DNA from: Bacillota bacterium | GTDB lineage: Bacteria > Bacillota > Sulfobacillia > Fermentithermobacillales > Fermentithermobacillaceae | DNA length: 64,000 nt | Reading direction: 5' to 3' | Assembly: GCA_033809515.1 (NCBI GenBank) | Contig: JAPXLN010000006.1 | Coordinates: forward strand, 15,186 to 79,185 | Shown here: positions 39,027-51,149 of the stretch, one piece after another | Numbering within the stretch: position 1 is the stretch's first letter | Layout of the letters: each line of letters begins with the position of its first letter | The notes under the pieces: model-generated | Databases searched by the model: none | What the model was told of the DNA's origin: nothing | Seen by the model: the letters and a program-made list of their open reading frames with translations, nothing else | Translations under genes and position numbers: made by a program

Positions 39027-40184
39027 GTGAGGTTCTTCACTCCTAGGCGTATTAAGGACTACATCACAGGTTATGTCCGGGTGAAAATCCAGGGGAAAAA
39101 TCCGGAACGACTGATTAACCTTTGTCTTTCGGCGAATTTTCCCGTATGGGATGTGACAGTGGAAGGCCAAGAGACGTACTTCTCTACGTCCTTGGCTAAG
39201 TACCGGGAGATCCGGCCTCTGGCAAGGAAGGCCAGGTGCATTCCAAAGATCGTCGGGAGGACGGGCCTTCCCTTTTTCGTGGGCAAGATCAGAAAGAGGG
39301 TCTGGTTCCTTCTGGCCGCGCTTTTTATGGCCGGGGTCTTAATCTACTTTTCCGGGTCAGTCTGGACCATTGTTGTCAGGGGAAATGAAACACTGAGCCG
39401 GGAAAAGCTACTTAACGCCGCTGCCGGTGCAGGGCTTACGCCGGGAGCTCGCAAGTCAAGGGTCTTTGCATCTGAAGTTGAATACCGGCTTCTCACTGAG
39501 TATCCCATACTTTCATGGGCGTATGTTCGTTTTCAGGGCACCGTAGCTCTCATAGAGGTGGTGGAAAAAGCAAGGGCTGAGCCTGTTGTTTTAGGCGACA
39601 TAGTAGCTAGAACTGATGGGCTAATCCAATCGGTATTGGTTCATTCGGGCACTCCTCACGTAACGCCGGGTCAGACTGTCAAGAAGGGAGATGTTCTTAT
39701 TTCTGGAGACCAAGAGGGTAACCCTGCACGGGGTGCCAGAGGCAGCGTCCTGGCGCAGACCTGGTACGAGGTTTACATCGAAGTCCCCTTGACATGCTTG
39801 GTCCCACGGCGGACAGGAGATAAGGTGGAAATTCGCCTTCTCCGGATCAATGGACGGGAGATTCCGCTAATGGGGGTTAAGCGCATATTCGACTGGTATG
39901 AAATAGAGGACACTACGGTCACAAGCTTGTCTGTAGGCCAAACAGGCCTGACCATGGTCAACCGCGTGTTTTATGAGGTAAAATGGGAGCAAAGAGAGAT
40001 ATCCTTGGATGAAGCCAAGAATATTGCGGAAAGCAGGGTAAGGGAATCAATGGAAAAACGGTTGCCTTATTCTGTGAAATTGGTAGACTGGAATTGTCAG
40101 ATTGAGGTGGAGCACAATAGCCTCGTCGTAGTGCGAGGTCACTTCAGCATTATTGAGGACATTGGTGAGATACGGCCTTGGTAG
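39027..40184 (+). CDS. yqfD: sporulation protein YqfD (stage IV sporulation, membrane)
   Basis: Conserved position after yqfC. Single TM and size match YqfD. GTG start. Confidence 0.65.
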   Translation: MRFFTPRRIKDYITGYVRVKIQGKNPERLINLCLSANFPVWDVTVEGQETYFSTSLAKYREIRPLARKARCIPKIVGRTGLPFFVGKIRKRVWFLLAALFMAGVLIYFSGSVWTIVVRGNETLSREKLLNAAAGAGLTPGARKSRVFASEVEYRLLTEYPILSWAYVRFQGTVALIEVVEKARAEPVVLGDIVARTDGLIQSVLVHSGTPHVTPGQTVKKGDVLISGDQEGNPARGARGSVLAQTWYEVYIEVPLTCLVPRRTGDKVEIRLLRINGREIPLMGVKRIFDWYEIEDTTVTSLSVGQTGLTMVNRVFYEVKWEQREISLDEAKNIAESRVRESMEKRLPYSVKLVDWNCQIEVEHNSLVVVRGHFSIIEDIGEIRPW

Positions 40185-40211
40185 GGCCAAGATGGAGGTC
40201 GATTCCCAGAC

Positions 40212-41191
<980 letters not shown>

Positions 41192-41192
<1 letters not shown>

Positions 41193-43330
41193 TGGCAGGT
41201 AAGGAGCCTGAGAAGAGGAGACTCAGAAAGGATTCGAGGGATGGTTCCGGCACGTCCCAGATTTCTGCCTGGATGCGTGACAATCGCCAGGCTGTGATAT
41301 GGGGCGCCGTCGCTTTCGCAGTGCTCTTGATAGTGTTTTTCATGTCCCTGCTTCCCCCCCAAATCCGGCTTAAGGCCGGAGAGGTTTCCCCAATACCGGT
41401 CAAAGCTACCCATGAAGTCATTGATGATGGCGCTACTGAAAGGTTGAAGCAGGAGCGAGCTAAGAGCGTTCCTGAGTCGTACACAAAGGACCTTACAGTC
41501 TTGTCTGAAATGCAGTCTAGGCTTGCCGAGCTCAGAAGCAAGATCACCGAGCTTTCTGCATCTACAACCCTGTCAACTCAGGATATTGTTAAGGAACTCC
41601 AACCGTGGCTTTCTGACGGCCTTTCGGGCGCTGACGTAATCGGAGTGGTTGCCACCTCGCCGGTTACCCTGGATTCAGCGTTTTCCACCCTTGATGATGT
41701 CCTTGTTGAGGTTCTGTCTGAGGGCCTCAAAGCAGAGAACCTTGACAAAGGCAAGGCAGCCATCAGAATTGCCCTTGAGGGCAACAAAGACATACCGCCC
41801 CGGGTTGGAATGTTCTTGTCAGCTTTTGTGGAGACGAACCTTAGACCCAATTTCGTCTTCGATCAGGAGGAGACGGACAGGAAGATCAGAGAAGCTCTTC
41901 TTGCGGTGGAACCGGCTAGGGTCAGACGTGGAGAGTACATTATCAGGGAAGGCGACGTCATCACCGGTGAGCAGATTGCGCTGCTTGAGAAACTGGGCAT
42001 GATGGGTGCCAGGGTGCGATTCTCAGCGGTTCTAGGTTCATTCCTCATGTCTGCCCTTGTATGCGGATTCATAGGCGTCTCGGTTTTTCACTATAGCCCT
42101 GCCCTGGTAACTTCAGGGAAGACGGGGCTTTTGAGTTCCACTGTAATACTGAGTATCGTTGCAATCAAAGGGATTTCACAGGTTTCGGGCTTTTTGGCTC
42201 CTGTGGCCGCAGGCGTGATGCTTGTATCGACGCTTCTGGATCGACGTCTGGCCGCTGTGTTCAGTGCGTGTCTGACGCTGAGTCTGGGAACCATGACGGG
42301 GTTTGATACAAGGTTTCTTGCTCTTTCCCTGGCAGGGGGGCTTACAGCAGCTCTTTCATCGAGACCGGATTGGACCAGGCTGCAGCTTGTCAGGACAGGC
42401 TTCATGGTTACTCTGGTTAACGGAGGCGTTTACCTGAGCCTTGGGTTGACCGGAGTGATTCCTTTGAGCGATCTGCTTTCATGGCGTGATACGGTATTTG
42501 TGCTCATGAACGGGCCTCTTTCCGCTGTGCTGGCGCTAGGGTCTTTGCCGCTGTTTGAGATATTTTTCGGGATAATCACGCCCGTAAGGCTTGTGGAGCT
42601 CTCCAATCCCGAACAGCCCCTTCTTCACAGACTAATGCTTGAGGCACCGGGTACGTACCATCACAGTGTTATGGTGGCAAACCTTGCTGAGGCAGCGGCA
42701 ACAACCATCGGAGCTGACAGCCTTCTGGCAAGGGTTGGAGCTTACTACCATGATGTGGGGAAACTCAAGCGACCCTATTTTTTCGCCGAGAACCAGATGG
42801 TTGGCATGGAGAATCCTCACGACAAGATGACGCCCACCTTATCTTCGACCGTTATAATGTCTCACGTCAAAGATGGTCTGGAACTGGCCGAAGCTCACAA
42901 GGTTCCGGAGGTTATCAGGAAGTTCATAGCGGAACACCATGGAACCACGCTGGTATCCTACTTCTATGCCAAGGCATCTGAGAGTCAGGCGAAAAACGGC
43001 AGGGGATTGGCAGAGTGGGACTTTCGATATGAAGGTCCGAGACCGACCTCAAAAGAGACTGCCATCGTCATGCTGGCCGACGGGGTTGAAGCAGCTGTCA
43101 GAGCTCTATCCAAAGCTACTCCGGCACGCATAGAATCAGTAGTAAGGAAGATCATACAAGACAGGCTGAACGATCACCAGCTGGATCGCTCAGACCTGAC
43201 TCTGAAAGAGCTTGACATCATGGCTGATACATTTGCCAGGTCCCTTTCGGGGATCTTCCACACTCGCATTGAGTATCCAAGCAAAACAGCTTCAGGTGAC
43301 GGTGATGAAAGGAGCATGGCCAGGAGTTGA
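41192..43330 (+). CDS. 7TM-receptor with intracellular HD hydrolase domain (YqfF/7TMR-HDED family)
   Basis: Central multi-TM region. C-terminal HD domain HHSVMVANLAEAAATTIGADSLLARVGAYYHDVGK. Confidence 0.8.
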
Positions 43331-43806
43331 GCGTCCAGGTAGATACCATAGTATGTCCTGATGTACGTGAAGAGCTTCGGCAAGAGCTTGAGAAGCTAGC
43401 CACAACATGCGTTGATACGGTGCTGAGGATTGAGGGGCGCCTGTCAGCTAGTACTGAAGTCTCAGTGCTTTTCACAGACGATGCTTTCATAAGAGAGTTG
43501 AACGCTCAGTACCGTGAGGTGGATGAGGTCACAGATGTGCTTTCTTTTGCCATGCTGGATTGTGAGAGTGAAGTGGACCTGGTTGAGATTCCAGGGCTTC
43601 CCGTTATCCTGGGAGACATAGTGATTTCCCTGGACACGGCTGAGAGACAGGCCCGGGCAGCAGGCAAATCCACTTTGGACGAGATCAGGTTCTTACTGAT
43701 CCACGGAATGCTGCATCTCTTGGGCTATGACCATGATGAGCCCGAGAAAGAGGCGATTATGTGGAAACGCCAGGAAATGGCATTGGCGGCCCTGGACGAA
43801 GACTGA
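43327..43806 (+). CDS. ybeY: endoribonuclease YbeY (rRNA maturation)
   Basis: Zn-binding motif IHGMLHLLGYDHD. Confidence 0.85.
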   Translation: MSVQVDTIVCPDVREELRQELEKLATTCVDTVLRIEGRLSASTEVSVLFTDDAFIRELNAQYREVDEVTDVLSFAMLDCESEVDLVEIPGLPVILGDIVISLDTAERQARAAGKSTLDEIRFLLIHGMLHLLGYDHDEPEKEAIMWKRQEMALAALDED

Positions 43807-44288
43807 AGCCGTATGATAATGGTAAGTCTAGAACTGTGCGGGACAGTTTTCGAGACGCCTGGTCGGGACTGTCATACGTTTACCATACCCAACGAAACAT
43901 GCGAATCCACGTGTTCCTGGCAGCTTGCGCAGGCGGGATTTGTCTGATTCTGGGTCTTGGGAGAAGCGAAGTTCTCATGGTTTCTCTAGCTGTTGCTTGT
44001 GTGTTGGTAGCAGAGGTGGTCAACACCCTGACGGAGACCTTCACCGACATGATGAGGCCGGATTACAGCATCGTTGCGAAACTGACCAAAGACATAGCAG
44101 CTGCAGGAGTCCTTGTGGCTGCTATGTTTTCAGCGCTGATAGGGTTTGTGGCGTTCTACCCCGCATTCCTGACTCTTCCTGAGAGATTGAGTGAGTTCAG
44201 AAGCACACGGCTCATTCCTTTCGCTTTCTATGCTCTTCTGGCAGTGGGTCCGTCCTTAGCCGGGCTCCTTGTCTGGAAGGAGAAGTAG
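43761..44288 (+). CDS. dgkA: diacylglycerol/undecaprenol kinase DgkA family; start uncertain (alternative GTG at 43836 avoids the 46-nt overlap with ybeY)
   Basis: FRDAWSGLSYVYHTQRNMRIHV and three TM segments are typical of DgkA. Confidence 0.7.
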   Translation: METPGNGIGGPGRRLKPYDNGKSRTVRDSFRDAWSGLSYVYHTQRNMRIHVFLAACAGGICLILGLGRSEVLMVSLAVACVLVAEVVNTLTETFTDMMRPDYSIVAKLTKDIAAAGVLVAAMFSALIGFVAFYPAFLTLPERLSEFRSTRLIPFAFYALLAVGPSLAGLLVWKEK

Positions 44289-44289
44289 A

Positions 44290-45054
44290 TTGCTGTACGG
44301 GTCAGAAGGCATAGTTCTGAGGCAGTCTAACCTCGGGGAATATGACAAGATCATCTCCGTGTTTACACAGGATCAGGGGTTAGTGACTGCCGTCGTAAAG
44401 GGAACCCGGCGCCCTAAGAGCCGGTTGTCGCCGGTCACCCAACCTTTTACCCGGGCTGTGTTTCAACTTTACAAGGGGCGGTCACTGGACAGAGTAACCC
44501 AGGTTATGCTCTTGACTACGCATCCCGGGATAGCTTCAGATTATGTGAAGGCGGTTTACGCCAGTTTCCTGGCTGAGCTTGTTATGGAGATAATGCCGGA
44601 ACGAGAGGAGTCCCCCGGGCAGTATGCGTTTCTTGCTCTGGTTCTGTCCTGTCTGGAGAAATCCAAAGACCCCTGGGCTGTGGCGAAGTGGGGAGAGCTT
44701 GGCCTTCTGGCCAGAGCAGGTTTTGCCGCAACCTTTGATGTTTGCCAGGTCTGCGGGAAATTGCCCGGAGCGTCACCGCGTTTTTCGCCTGGCAGGGGTG
44801 GGGCAGTGTGCGAAGCTTGCGCAGAAACTGCGTCCGAAGCAGCCAGTGAGGACTTCAGCGTGTCTCCGGGAGCTTTGAGAACTCTTCAGCTTCTGTCTGA
44901 AGCGGCAAGAGGCGCAACTGCCCCTATGGTTACTGCAAGAGGTACAGTCAAAGAAGAGGTAGAGCTCGTCATGAGAGCTTTTACCCGTTACATGATTGGC
45001 AGGCGTCTCAAGTCTTCCTCATTGGTAGAGAATATAGAGAAGGATTCAGGTTGA
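44290..45054 (+). CDS. recO: DNA repair protein RecO (TTG start at 44290; the ORF track gives 44269)
   Basis: LLYGSEGIVLRQSNLGEYDKIISVFTQDQG is an OB-fold N-terminus. C-terminal zinc finger CQVCGK...CEAC. Confidence 0.8.
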   Translation: MLYGSEGIVLRQSNLGEYDKIISVFTQDQGLVTAVVKGTRRPKSRLSPVTQPFTRAVFQLYKGRSLDRVTQVMLLTTHPGIASDYVKAVYASFLAELVMEIMPEREESPGQYAFLALVLSCLEKSKDPWAVAKWGELGLLARAGFAATFDVCQVCGKLPGASPRFSPGRGGAVCEACAETASEAASEDFSVSPGALRTLQLLSEAARGATAPMVTARGTVKEEVELVMRAFTRYMIGRRLKSSSLVENIEKDSG

Positions 45055-45167
45055 TAGGGGTGTTGGCGGAGTGATGGAGGACATAGCTCCCTTGTCCTCG
45101 AAACCCCATAGGAGATTAGCCCCTTGCTTTCTTTTGAAAGGTTGACCGGGAAGGAGTTCTGATTGGT

Positions 45168-46022
45168 GTGGAGGAGCAGTTATGCTTCACTGAAGTAGTG
45201 AGCTCGCTTGAGAATTTCTGGGCAGATGAAGGGTGTTACATAGGCCGGCCTTATGATATGGAAAAGGGCGCCGGTACAATGAATCCCCTTACGTTCTTCA
45301 AGGTGCTGGGTCCTGAGCCCTGGAGCATGGCCTACATCGAACCGTGCCGCAGACCTCAGGATGCACGTTACGGGGACAATCCCTACCGGATGGGCCACTA
45401 TTTTCAGTTTCAGGTCATACTCAAACCCCCTCCTGAAATGGTTGTTGAGCTGTACATCAGCTCTTTGGAGGCCCTGGGCATAGAGCGTAAGGATCATGAT
45501 ATCAGATTTGTTGAAGATAACTGGGAGTCTCCGACCCTTGGCGCTTCAGGGTTGGGGTGGGAGGTCTGGCTTGACGGCAATGAGATCACTCAGTTTACCT
45601 TTTTTCAGGAAGTAGGAGGAATGGAGGTAAAGCCTATCTCCTGTGAAATCACCTATGGTCTTGAACGCCTGACAGCTTACATACAAGGCCTGGACAATGT
45701 TTGGGATATCCGGGTTTCGCCGGGTCTCAGATACAACGACCTTTTCCTGCAGCAGGAGAAAGAAGGCTCGGTTTACGCGTTTGAGGCAGCTGATGTAGGT
45801 TTTCTCCTGGCTTCGTTTGACAGCTATGAGAAAGAAGCTAAAAGAATACTAGGGCTTGGCCTGGTAAGCCCTGCATACGACTATGCCCTTAAGTGCTCTC
45901 ACACGTTCAACTTGCTGGATGCAAGAGGAGCTTTGTCAGTTTCTGAGAGGCAAAATTACATTGCTCGAGTTCGCAGTCTGACCAGAGAATGCGCTGTTAA
46001 GTATGTTGCTCCCCGGAGGTAA
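45168..46022 (+). CDS. glyQ: glycyl-tRNA synthetase alpha subunit
   Basis: [24 protein letters not shown] is highly conserved in GlyQ. Confidence 0.9.
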   Translation: MEEQLCFTEVVSSLENFWADEGCYIGRPYDMEKGAGTMNPLTFFKVLGPEPWSMAYIEPCRRPQDARYGDNPYRMGHYFQFQVILKPPPEMVVELYISSLEALGIERKDHDIRFVEDNWESPTLGASGLGWEVWLDGNEITQFTFFQEVGGMEVKPISCEITYGLERLTAYIQGLDNVWDIRVSPGLRYNDLFLQQEKEGSVYAFEAADVGFLLASFDSYEKEAKRILGLGLVSPAYDYALKCSHTFNLLDARGALSVSERQNYIARVRSLTRECAVKYVAPRR

Positions 46023-46030
46023 CGGTTCCC

Positions 46031-48115
46031 ATGGCGGATGATCTGCTTTTTGAAATCGGTTCTGATGAAATTCCTGCCCGGTACATGCCTCAGGCCATAA
46101 ATGACCTTCAAGAGCGTGCTGCTGTCTCTCTCAAAGAGGCCCGATTTGGTTTCGATAGTCTCTCTGTGTTTGGTACACCCAGGCGCCTTGTGCTGTACGT
46201 AACAGGGCTTACTGAGGTCAGTCGGGAAGCTGAGTTCAAAGTCAGAGGCCCTTCAGTCAAGGCAGCATACGACAAAGAGGGGACACCTACCAAGGCATTG
46301 CTGGGGTTTTCAAGATCCCTGGGCATCAGTCCCGAGGATGTAGTGATCGAGAAGAGCAATGGCGGTGAGTACGTATATGGGTTAAGGAAGGTAAGCGGCC
46401 GGTCTGTAGACCATGCCTTGCCGGAGATTCTTCCTGCCCTGGTCTTCGGCATGGAATGCCCTCACCCTTTGCGTTGGGGCGAACAGAACTGGCGTTGGTA
46501 CAGGGCCATCAGATGGGTTGTATGCTTGTATGGCTCAAAGGTTATTCCTGCTGAAGTGGCAGGGCGATCTGCAGGTAGAACCAGCTTTGGCCACAGAACC
46601 CTTCACCCGGAGCCTATAACTATCCCTGCTGCCGGAGACTACTTTTCTCTGATGGAACGATCTGGGGTAATCGTGGACCAGGAAAAGAGGAGGGCCTCCA
46701 TAGCAGAGGGCGCTTCAGCTTGCGCTGTTACCATGGGAGGCATCTTCCTGGAGGACCATGATCTTATGGAGGAAATCACCTTTCTGGCGGAACATCCTGT
46801 CCCGTTCCTTGGCAAGTTTGACACAAAGTATCTTGACCTTCCCAGAGAGGTTCTTGTCACTGTCATGCGATACCATCAGCGGTATTTCCCTGTGGTCAGC
46901 AAGTCAGGGGAGATTTTGCCCGGGTTTGTGGGAGTGAGGGATGGCCATGCTTCTCAAGGAATGGATACAGTCAGAAGAGGGAACGAGTGGGTGATTCGTG
47001 CGCGCCTTTCGGATGCGGAGTTCTTCTACCGCCAAGATCTGAAGGTCAAGCTTGAAGACAGGCTGGCAGATCTCAAAGGCGTAGGCTTTCTGAAAGGTGC
47101 AGGCAGCATGTATGACAAGACAGATCGGGTTTTTGAGATTGGGCAAGACTATGCCGCCAGAACCGACCTTTCAGCTCTTGACCGCGAGATTGTGGCTCAG
47201 TCTTCGCGTTTGGCAAAGTGCGATCTGGTAACGCACATGGTAGGGGAATTTGCCGAATTGGAAGGGATTATGGGTGGGCACTATGCAGCCATGCAAGGAT
47301 TGCCCGAACCGGTGTGCACAGCTATAGGCAAGCATTATCTCCCCAGATCAACGAAAGATCCTCTTCCCGACAAGGGGCCGGGGTCGATTCTGGCTCTGGC
47401 TGACAAAATGGACACCCTGGCCACTGCTTTCTCTTTGGGAATCGAGGTATCCGGGTCCCAGGATCCCCTGGGGCTTAGACGAGCGGCCCAGGGAGTGGTG
47501 AGTATCCTGATGGGTCACGGGTACGAGATATCCCTGGATGAGCTGGCCGCAAGGCCGCTGGAACTTGCCGGCGCTCATCTGAAGTCACCTTTGCCCATTG
47601 CCCGGGAGCGGCTCTCTCAGTTTTTGCTTGGCAGGGTTGAGGTTGCTTTGACCGGGCAATCCTATCCAATTGAGATCGTCAGAGCGGTCCTGGGTGGAGG
47701 GGAGAAACGAATTGCCAGGCTAGGAGCTATGGCATATGCACTATCTTGTCTTGTTGGAACCGAGAAACTCGCGTGGGTGGTTACAGGGTGGCGAAGAACG
47801 TCAGTGCTTGCAAAGGCAAGTCAAGGGAGAAGCCTTAGGGGGGACCTCCTTTCTGAAGAGCCTGAAATCGCCCTTTACGAGATATTCCAGGCGAAAAAGG
47901 AATTTGCCGGAAGAATGTTGGAAGGGGGGCATTACGCAGACTACCTTGATGTGTTGGCGGGTCTCAGGCCTGATATCGACTTGTGTCTGGATAAGGTGTT
48001 GATAATGGCCAAGGATCCGGAGATTAGAGCTAACAGGCTTGCTCTTCTGGGAGGAGTCTCTGATCTTTTCACAGCGTTTGCCGACTTTTCTCATGCCTTG
48101 CCGCTGGTACCGTAA
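46031..48115 (+). CDS. glyS: glycyl-tRNA synthetase beta subunit
   Basis: MADDLLFEIGSDEIPARYMP N-terminus. Length 694 aa. Lies downstream of glyQ. Confidence 0.9.
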   Translation: MADDLLFEIGSDEIPARYMPQAINDLQERAAVSLKEARFGFDSLSVFGTPRRLVLYVTGLTEVSREAEFKVRGPSVKAAYDKEGTPTKALLGFSRSLGISPEDVVIEKSNGGEYVYGLRKVSGRSVDHALPEILPALVFGMECPHPLRWGEQNWRWYRAIRWVVCLYGSKVIPAEVAGRSAGRTSFGHRTLHPEPITIPAAGDYFSLMERSGVIVDQEKRRASIAEGASACAVTMGGIFLEDHDLMEEITFLAEHPVPFLGKFDTKYLDLPREVLVTVMRYHQRYFPVVSKSGEILPGFVGVRDGHASQGMDTVRRGNEWVIRARLSDAEFFYRQDLKVKLEDRLADLKGVGFLKGAGSMYDKTDRVFEIGQDYAARTDLSALDREIVAQSSRLAKCDLVTHMVGEFAELEGIMGGHYAAMQGLPEPVCTAIGKHYLPRSTKDPLPDKGPGSILALADKMDTLATAFSLGIEVSGSQDPLGLRRAAQGVVSILMGHGYEISLDELAARPLELAGAHLKSPLPIARERLSQFLLGRVEVALTGQSYPIEIVRAVLGGGEKRIARLGAMAYALSCLVGTEKLAWVVTGWRRTSVLAKASQGRSLRGDLLSEEPEIALYEIFQAKKEFAGRMLEGGHYADYLDVLAGLRPDIDLCLDKVLIMAKDPEIRANRLALLGGVSDLFTAFADFSHALPLVP

Positions 48116-48275
48116 CCGGAGGATCGGTCTGGGCCTTTCAGTGGTTCCGGACCCACTGAATGGGAAGAGCCATGTCTGAGGAATAGCTGAACTGTGTCAC
48201 CAAAGGACCCAATGTTTTGCGAGGGGTCTTGCGAAGTCCGGCTGGTGCAATACTGTACATCGAGGAGGCGATACT

Positions 48276-50924
48276 TTGTCATCTAAGCTGGTTTATTGGT
48301 TCCGCGAGGGCGGAGAAAGCATGCGGAGTCTCCTTGGCGGAAAGGGTGCGGGTCTGGGCGAGATGACGCACATGGGATTACCGGTTCCGCCCGGGTTCAC
48401 CATTACCACAGAAGCATGCATCAACTACTACAATCTCGGGGAAAACATGCCGCCGGGACTCAAAGAAGACATAGAAACCTATATGAAGGAACTGGAGAGG
48501 GTCACCGGTAAGGATTTCGGAGGAGCAAAAGACCCGCTCCTGGTGTCAGTCAGGTCAGGGGCTCCCATCAGTATGCCAGGTATGATGGACACAGTGCTTA
48601 ACCTGGGCCTAAACGACCAGAGCGTCATGGGGCTTTGGCAGGCCACAAACGACCTTAGATTTGCGCTGGACTGCCACAGGCGGTTTATGCAGATGTTTGG
48701 CAACGTAGTACTGGAGATTCCCCACAGCGAGTTCGAGAAAACCCTCGGCCAGGTGAGGCGCGCTGAAGGAGCGGCCTATGATCACGAGATTTCCCCTGAT
48801 GGTCTGAAAAAGGTTATCCAGGGGTACCGCAAGCTCGTTAAGGAGCAGGCAGGAGTGGAGTTTCCCGAGGATCCCATGGAGCAGCTGTACATGGCCGTTC
48901 TGGCGGTCTTCAGATCATGGAACAACGAACGAGCTATCATCTACCGGAATATCAACAAGATTCCTCATGACCTGGGCACTGCAGTCAACGTGCAGGTCAT
49001 GGTGTTTGGGAACATGGGACTGGACTCAGGAACAGGAGTCCTCTTCACCCGGAACCCGTCCACCGGTGAAAACCGCCTGTATGGTGAGTATCTCATGAAT
49101 GCCCAGGGTGAGGATGTAGTTGCAGGTCTGCGAACTCCGGTTCCCATTGGGCAGATGAGAGAAGAACTTCCTGCTGTCTACAAGGAAATCGAGACCATGG
49201 CCGCGCTGTTGGAAGATCACTACAAGGACATGCAGGATATCGAGTTTACCATTGAACACGGCAAGCTATACATACTTCAAACTAGGACCGGCAAAAGGAC
49301 GGCTCAAGCTTCCCTCGAGATAGCCAGGCAGTTGGTACATGAGGACAGGATCTCCAAGAAAGAAGCTGTGAGAAGGGTCAAACCCGAGGAAGTGTCTCGT
49401 CTGCTTCACAGGAGTGTGGATCCGGGTGCGACCAATCAGCTTCTGGCAAAGGGGCTGCCTGCATCGCCCGGGGCTGCCGTGGGGACCATTGTCTTCGATT
49501 CAGACACTGCCGAAAGGATTGGCCAGGAGCAGAAGGTTATCCTGGTGAGACCCGAGACAAACCCTGATGACATGCCCGGCATAGTCCATTCCCAGGGGAT
49601 CTTGACTTCCCGTGGTGGTATGACCTGTCACGCAGCTATTGTGGCCAGGGGTATGGGCAAGCCGGCTGTGGTAGGGTGTGAAGGAATGCGTTTGGATATG
49701 GATGCCCGCCAGGCCCGTTTCGGATCCCTTCTTCTGAATGAGGGCGACACTGTCTCCATAGACGGTGCTTCAGGCAATGTCTATTTGGGCGAGGTTCCCC
49801 TGGTTGAACCTATCCTCGGAGATGCGTTCAAGGAGATTCTGCAATGGGCTGACGAGTTCAGGCGTCTGGGCGTTGAGGCTAACGCTGATACCCCTGATGA
49901 TGCCCTGAAAGCAAGGGAACTCGGGGCAGAGGGCATCGGCCTTTGCAGGACTGAGCATATGTTCATGGCCGCCGACCGGCTGCCTATTGTGCAGGAGATG
50001 ATCATGGCTGAGAGCGAGACGGATAGGCGTGCAGCTCTTGACAAGCTTCTGCCAATACAGAGAGAGGACTTTCGTGTTATTCTAAAGGCCATGCGAGGGT
50101 ATCCCGTAACCATAAGACTGCTGGATCCCCCCCTCCATGAGTTCCTGCCCAAGGTTGAAGACCTTCTTGTTCGGGTCATGGAGATGAGAGGGGCCAACGC
50201 GCCTGCCGCAAAGATCAGGGAAGCAGAGATTCTGCTCAGAGAAGCCCGGAATCTCCATGAGCAAAACCCCATGATGGGGCTTCGAGGCTGCAGGCTTGGG
50301 CTGCTCTGGCCTGAAGTATATGAGATGCAAGCGCGGGCAATCTTCCAGGCAACGGCTGCTTTGTTCAAAGCAGGGTACACCGATGTCCAGCCTGAAGTCA
50401 TGGTTCCCCTGGTAGGTCAGGCAAATGAGCTAGAGATCCTCAGGGGTCTTGTAGAGAAAGTAGCTGCTGAAGTCAAGGCCGAGGAAGGCGTGGACTTTCC
50501 TGTTGTAATCGGAACCATGATTGAGGTACCCAGGTCGGCCCTGACTGCTGACGAAGTAGCTCATCATGCCCAGTTTTTCTCGTTTGGGACCAACGACCTG
50601 ACTCAGATGACTTTCGGGTTCAGCCGGGATGACGCCGAGGCTCGGTTCTTACACAGGTACCTTGAGCTTGGGATCCTAAAGGAGAATCCATTTGCCGTTC
50701 TGGACAGAACCGGAGTGGGCAAACTGGTGAAGATGGCTGTTGAGCTTGGCCGGTCTACCCGTCCGGACCTTGTGATAGGCGTATGCGGAGAGCACGGCGG
50801 CGAACCTACGTCTGTAGAGTTCTTCCACCAGGCAGGACTCAACTACGTGTCTTGTTCGCCTTTCAGAGTGCCTGTCGCAAGGCTATCGGCTGCTCATGCC
50901 GCCATCAAGGAGGACCAGGCATAG
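48276..50924 (+). CDS. ppdK: pyruvate, phosphate dikinase
   Basis: LVYWFREGGESMRSLLGGKGAGLGEMT, the phosphohistidine region GGMTCHAAIVARGMGKPAVVGC, and a PEP-utilising C-terminus. Length 882 aa. Confidence 0.95.
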   Translation: MSSKLVYWFREGGESMRSLLGGKGAGLGEMTHMGLPVPPGFTITTEACINYYNLGENMPPGLKEDIETYMKELERVTGKDFGGAKDPLLVSVRSGAPISMPGMMDTVLNLGLNDQSVMGLWQATNDLRFALDCHRRFMQMFGNVVLEIPHSEFEKTLGQVRRAEGAAYDHEISPDGLKKVIQGYRKLVKEQAGVEFPEDPMEQLYMAVLAVFRSWNNERAIIYRNINKIPHDLGTAVNVQVMVFGNMGLDSGTGVLFTRNPSTGENRLYGEYLMNAQGEDVVAGLRTPVPIGQMREELPAVYKEIETMAALLEDHYKDMQDIEFTIEHGKLYILQTRTGKRTAQASLEIARQLVHEDRISKKEAVRRVKPEEVSRLLHRSVDPGATNQLLAKGLPASPGAAVGTIVFDSDTAERIGQEQKVILVRPETNPDDMPGIVHSQGILTSRGGMTCHAAIVARGMGKPAVVGCEGMRLDMDARQARFGSLLLNEGDTVSIDGASGNVYLGEVPLVEPILGDAFKEILQWADEFRRLGVEANADTPDDALKARELGAEGIGLCRTEHMFMAADRLPIVQEMIMAESETDRRAALDKLLPIQREDFRVILKAMRGYPVTIRLLDPPLHEFLPKVEDLLVRVMEMRGANAPAAKIREAEILLREARNLHEQNPMMGLRGCRLGLLWPEVYEMQARAIFQATAALFKAGYTDVQPEVMVPLVGQANELEILRGLVEKVAAEVKAEEGVDFPVVIGTMIEVPRSALTADEVAHHAQFFSFGTNDLTQMTFGFSRDDAEARFLHRYLELGILKENPFAVLDRTGVGKLVKMAVELGRSTRPDLVIGVCGEHGGEPTSVEFFHQAGLNYVSCSPFRVPVARLSAAHAAIKEDQA

Positions 50925-51149
50925 GAAAGAGGAGCTTTTGCCTCACCTCAGGACACGGAGAATCAGTGCAGGGATCCGGAAAGAGACAGTTCCGAGGTCC
51001 CTGCTTTACTTGTTAAGGTCCCTGCTTTGCAGGAGATTTCTTGTCCGGAAGGGAATCGGGTCACCGAAACCGAAATCAGAACGGGTCAGTCACGACCAGG
51101 GATTGGTGACGATTCCACGAATGCACATAAGGTGGTAAGTTTGTTTGCT

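Noticed and set aside
43761-43835. 46-nt overlap of dgkA with ybeY implied by the ORF-track start
   Set aside because: An in-frame GTG at 43836 gives a DgkA of typical length without the overlap. I kept the long ORF coordinates in the feature list and flagged the uncertainty.
45055-45167. Possible T-box leader upstream of glyQS
   Set aside because: The interval is only ~113 nt, and the AGGGUGGNACCGCG consensus is absent on the sense strand. It looks like a plain RBS and promoter region.
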